Assembly: GCA_017961175.1 (NCBI GenBank)
Contig: JAGCXV010000003.1
Coordinates: 16,387-80,386, forward strand
Direction: 5' to 3'
From: Bacteroidales bacterium
GTDB taxonomy: Bacteria; Bacteroidota; Bacteroidia; Bacteroidales; UBA932
Length of the DNA: 64,000 bases
Each line of letters begins with the position of its first letter. Positions within the stretch are counted from its first letter, which is position 1. Below, in pieces: positions 60,712 to 64,000 of this stretch. The notes below the pieces were generated by a model that was given only the letters and a program-made list of their open reading frames with translations, did no database searches and was not told where the DNA came from. The translations under genes were made by a program, and so were the position numbers.

Positions 60712-61557
60712 ATGTTAGTTGCAGTTGTTGGAAACGGAACAATGGGCCACGGCATAGCACAGGCATTCGCTACCGCAGGTCACGACGTACTCCTTAAGGG
60801 ACGCAGCGAGGCTTCTCTTGCAAGAGCACACAAAGCCATCGAGAAATTCCTCAACAGAAGCGTTGAGAAGGGAAAGATGGAGGCAAGTGTAAAGGACGAG
60901 ATTATCGCCAGAATCAAAGACACCTTCAATTATGAGGACCTCAAGGACGCAGATCTCGTAATCGAGGTTGTTGCCGAGGATATGGCGGTTAAGAAGGAAA
61001 TCTGGGAGACCCTGGATAAGGTCTGCAAGCCTGAGGCCATCCTGGCTTCCAATACTTCATCGCTGAGTATCACAGCTATAGCAGCATTCACCTCACGTCC
61101 TCAGAACGTGATCGGAATGCACTTCTTCAACCCGGTTCCTCTGATGAAGCTGGTTGAGGTTATCAAGGGTCAGCTTACATCCCCTGAGGTTCACGACAAG
61201 GTTGTGGAGATAGCAAAGGCTATCGGCAAGTGCCCAGTATCTGTTAACGAGGCTCCTGGCTTTGTTGTTAACAGAATCCTCATTCCTCTTGTAAACGAGG
61301 GAGTTGGAATACTGGCAGACGGTATCGCTACCAAGGAGGAAATCGATGCCGCAATGATGATGGGCGCCAACCATCCTATGGGCCCTCTGGCTCTGGGAGA
61401 CCTCATCGGTCTGGATGTTTGCCTTGCAATCATGGAAGTTCTCTACAACGAGTTCGGAGACAGCAAGTACCGTCCACATCCTCTGCTTAGGAAGATGGTA
61501 CGCGCAGGCCTTCTCGGCCGCAAGACCGGAAAGGGCTTCTACGATTACACCAAATAG
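60712..61557 (+). CDS. hbd: 3-hydroxybutyryl-CoA dehydrogenase
   Basis: 281 aa with the [18 protein letters not shown] fold and an HCDH-type C-terminal domain. Confidence 0.85.
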   Translation: MLVAVVGNGTMGHGIAQAFATAGHDVLLKGRSEASLARAHKAIEKFLNRSVEKGKMEASVKDEIIARIKDTFNYEDLKDADLVIEVVAEDMAVKKEIWETLDKVCKPEAILASNTSSLSITAIAAFTSRPQNVIGMHFFNPVPLMKLVEVIKGQLTSPEVHDKVVEIAKAIGKCPVSVNEAPGFVVNRILIPLVNEGVGILADGIATKEEIDAAMMMGANHPMGPLALGDLIGLDVCLAIMEVLYNEFGDSKYRPHPLLRKMVRAGLLGRKTGKGFYDYTK

Positions 61558-61577
61558 CCTGCTATTCGCTGTATATA

Positions 61578-61611
61578 AAAAGGATGACCAAAAAATTGGC
61601 CATCCTTTTTT
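61578..61611. terminator. Bidirectional rho-independent terminator
   Basis: AAAAGGATGACC-loop-GGCCATCCTTTT hairpin (one mismatch) between convergent genes. Confidence 0.65.
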
Positions 61612-61629
61612 ATTTATAAACCCACAGGT

Positions 61630-62412
61630 TTAGAAGTCACAATGGTTTGCGGAAGAGTCGAACCAGTGTCCGTTCCACTTCCAATAGAGCTCAGGATCCG
61701 CACCACCGTCAAAATCAATGTTTTCGCCCTCTGCGTGGAAAACCACAAGACCTCTCTGTGCAGTGTACTCAGGAAGGAAATACTCGTCTGTATTGAGCGG
61801 CTTCAGCGTCTTGTCTCCCTTAGGGTCATAGTTCCAGAACATCAGGTTCTGGTATACCCCTATTCCATCGTCACCGTCCCATAGCCTGTGGTAAGCAAGG
61901 CCGATAGCCCAGGTTTCAGGATAGAAGAACTGAAAGGCTTTAAGGCGGAAATTATCTTCGTAGTCCGCATTCTCATAAAAATCCTCTACATAGGAAATGA
62001 AATGATTGGCTTCATCTTCAACGAATTTTCCTTTGGCATTGCCGTTTAAACAAGCTATAATCATCGGCATAGGATAAACCTCGGCGATTGCCTTTAAAAT
62101 AGCCTTCATATCAGGGACATCTGAGGTTTCCTGCCCCGGAACCACGATGCTCAGCTTCCTCCAGGCATTGTTAACCCCGTGTTCCATTACATCCCCATCG
62201 ATCGGATTCTTGCGGATTGTCCCCAAAGGGGTGACTGTCAGGCTGTCTGTGGTGGCATACAGTTTCTCGAGATCCAGCGTGTCTGCAGATGCGGTAACGG
62301 CATTATCCTGGCCGTTATCCACAGCAGCCGGAGCGTTGTTCTTGCAGTAGGAAAACAGCATTGCGGCGCATCCCGCAAACGCTATTAAAAATAGGATTTT
62401 CTTCATAACCAA
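61630..62412 (-). CDS. Hypothetical lipoprotein
   Basis: 260 aa with the LFSYC lipobox. No family recognised. Confidence 0.55.
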   Translation of the reverse strand: MVMKKILFLIAFAGCAAMLFSYCKNNAPAAVDNGQDNAVTASADTLDLEKLYATTDSLTVTPLGTIRKNPIDGDVMEHGVNNAWRKLSIVVPGQETSDVPDMKAILKAIAEVYPMPMIIACLNGNAKGKFVEDEANHFISYVEDFYENADYEDNFRLKAFQFFYPETWAIGLAYHRLWDGDDGIGVYQNLMFWNYDPKGDKTLKPLNTDEYFLPEYTAQRGLVVFHAEGENIDFDGGADPELYWKWNGHWFDSSANHCDF

Positions 62413-62427
62413 GGGTTTATATTAATA

Positions 62428-63783
62428 CTAATTAACATCCAAATCCTTTACGGGAGACATATTCCTTGTCAGGTACATTATCACGCACAGAATTACAAAC
62501 AGAAGAAGAGAGCCTGTCAGAAGAGAGTACACCTGCATCTGCATCATTACGAAGCTGAACATCAGGAAAACTAAAACCAAAGCTCCCAGCAGATAAGCCG
62601 ATTTATGCTTTAGAATTCCCCTGAAGTACCCGGTAAGGGCAAGCGCTGTCATAACCGACGCTATGAGGTATGACAAGCCGAAGGAGAGGAAATCAGAGAA
62701 CGACAGCAGGAGCAGATAGAACAGCACCAGAGACAGACCGATAACGGCATACTGAAGGATATTGATTCTTTTCTTTGTAATGAACTCAACCACAATGGCC
62801 GCCAGGAAAACAAGCAGTATAACCAGTATTCCGTATTTTATGCTCCGCGATGTCTTCTGATATTGGGTTACAGGCTGGATCAAGTCTACTCCGAATGACA
62901 CTCCGTAAGGATTCGTCCTGTTGATTTTCAGCACTTTCCATTGAGCGGAAAAGCCTTTTTCATCAACATTCCTGTCTAAAGGGAGGAAGTCTCCCTTGAA
63001 ACTCGGATTGTTATATGAAGACTTTACCTCCACGGTTGTTGCATCTCCAACCGGATAAAAACTCAGCGAGTTGGACCCCTTTACTGCAAGAAGCGCGCTG
63101 AAAGGAACTTCAACCATACCCTTCTTTAAAGTAATCGGCGAATCCAGAACCTCCGTTCTGATTTCTTTTCTTTTTTTCTTTTTGGCAGGATGCGAATCGT
63201 ACTTGTAATCTGAATAAACATCCTCAACGACACTTTCCGTTATACTTGATGAAGCGCTTTCATTTGGATTCAGCTGATACCTTACAGTATCCAGAGTTAC
63301 ATACAATTGTTCATAAATACCTTTCAAGTCTGAAACAGACATTTCTACGCGGACATTCCTTGTGTCCGGGCCTAATACTTCCGCAGGTATCTTGAAATTA
63401 CCGGAAAACTGGGCTTTTGTGCTATAGACGTTAACGTCATATATGGCGCGGTGAAGGCTTTTGCTGTCCACATCACATTTGACATCCATCACCTCCGGAT
63501 AGAGTTCATTTGTTGTTTCTTTCTTTCTCACCACCAGCGAGTCCTTGCCTTTCGAGGACTTGAGTGTGAGGGAATCAAATGAAATCTTGTCATAAACGAT
63601 AACCGGTCCGGACAAGCACTGGTCCAGGGACCAGGTACTTCCAACCTCGTCAATGGTTTCCTGCATATATTTCTCACGGTCATCAACCTGGAGATCTACA
63701 ATCTGCAGACAGGCCCATAACAGACCCACAAGTACAACAACAATGAGGTACTTGATGAAAGAGTAGTCTTCCTTCGTTTCCAT
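62428..63783 (-). CDS. creD: CreD-family inner membrane protein
   Basis: 451 aa. One N-terminal TM helix, a large extracytoplasmic domain, and a C-terminal cluster of about five TM helices. Size and topology fit CreD. Confidence 0.55.
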   Translation of the reverse strand: METKEDYSFIKYLIVVVLVGLLWACLQIVDLQVDDREKYMQETIDEVGSTWSLDQCLSGPVIVYDKISFDSLTLKSSKGKDSLVVRKKETTNELYPEVMDVKCDVDSKSLHRAIYDVNVYSTKAQFSGNFKIPAEVLGPDTRNVRVEMSVSDLKGIYEQLYVTLDTVRYQLNPNESASSSITESVVEDVYSDYKYDSHPAKKKKRKEIRTEVLDSPITLKKGMVEVPFSALLAVKGSNSLSFYPVGDATTVEVKSSYNNPSFKGDFLPLDRNVDEKGFSAQWKVLKINRTNPYGVSFGVDLIQPVTQYQKTSRSIKYGILVILLVFLAAIVVEFITKKRINILQYAVIGLSLVLFYLLLLSFSDFLSFGLSYLIASVMTALALTGYFRGILKHKSAYLLGALVLVFLMFSFVMMQMQVYSLLTGSLLLFVILCVIMYLTRNMSPVKDLDVN

Positions 63784-63795
63784 ATCTTGTTTTTA

Positions 63796-64000
63796 TTATT
63801 TGTTTTTAAGGTTTAGCGGCTCAAAGATCCGGTTTCCGTCAGTCTGGCGGACAAATGCCTCGGCTGCCTTGCAGCGGTTCTCGATACCGCGGAACACTTC
63901 CATAGGAGTGTGCCACCCTTCAAACAATGGTGGCATATCCTGGCTTACATGGCACCAGCAAGCCTTGTGCTTCTCTTCAACTACAGAAGAAATATCCACA
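63796..64000 (-). CDS. C-terminal fragment of a PIG-L/LmbE-like deacetylase (N-terminus beyond window)
   Basis: The frame is open to the window edge. HKACWCHVSQ ... AEAF resembles the C-terminal end of LmbE-type proteins. Weak call. Confidence 0.3.
   Translation of the reverse strand, partial: VDISSVVEEKHKACWCHVSQDMPPLFEGWHTPMEVFRGIENRCKAAEAFVRQTDGNRIFEPLNLKNK

Overview
The window looks like a Bacteroidales-type chromosome segment. This placement is inferred from TAnnTTTG -7 promoter boxes, many lipoproteins, and a gene set typical of asaccharolytic, amino-acid-fermenting gut anaerobes of the Alistipes/Odoribacter/Porphyromonas kind. Coding density is very high.

Contents in order:
- A truncated DUF3857/transglutaminase-like gene.
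- A complete histidine-utilisation operon (ftcD-hutU-hutH-hutI).
- A LysO-like exporter, a small Imm32-like gene, an esterase, and a CD225/DUF2752 pair.
- Three exported or membrane hypothetical proteins.
- Two tandem secreted C69 dipeptidases, then carAB and a Ca2+/Na+ antiporter.
- A seven-gene operon (about 22.9-29.8 kb): MarR, HdrC-like, HdrB-like, short HdrA/QmoA-like, ferredoxin, a membrane-anchored HdrD/DsrK-like protein, and a cysteate-synthase-like PLP enzyme.
- Two small low-complexity secreted proteins.
- A trimeric HydBAC [FeFe]-hydrogenase.
- An LRR lipoprotein / Hanks kinase / OM beta-barrel module.
- An AT-rich insert (about 39.2-46.1 kb) with a giant LRR lipoprotein, a Big_2-repeat lipoprotein, orphan genes and an AbiEi/AbiEii toxin-antitoxin pair.
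- An L,D-transpeptidase.
- A 13-gene lysine-to-butyrate fermentation operon (atoD-kal-kce-kdd-kamA-kamB/C-like-kamDE-atoA-bcd-etfBA), with divergent crt-hbd.
- A lipoprotein, creD, and a truncated PIG-L-like gene.

No rRNA, tRNA, CRISPR array, integrase or transposase was recognised.

The best candidate for an undescribed system is the Hdr-like/quinone-linked redox operon that is translationally packed with a cysteate synthase-like gene. It may handle sulfite or another sulfur species for sulfonolipid head-group synthesis. The second candidate is the translationally coupled LRR-lipoprotein / non-RD kinase / beta-barrel module. All functional calls come from motif reading by eye; no searches were run.
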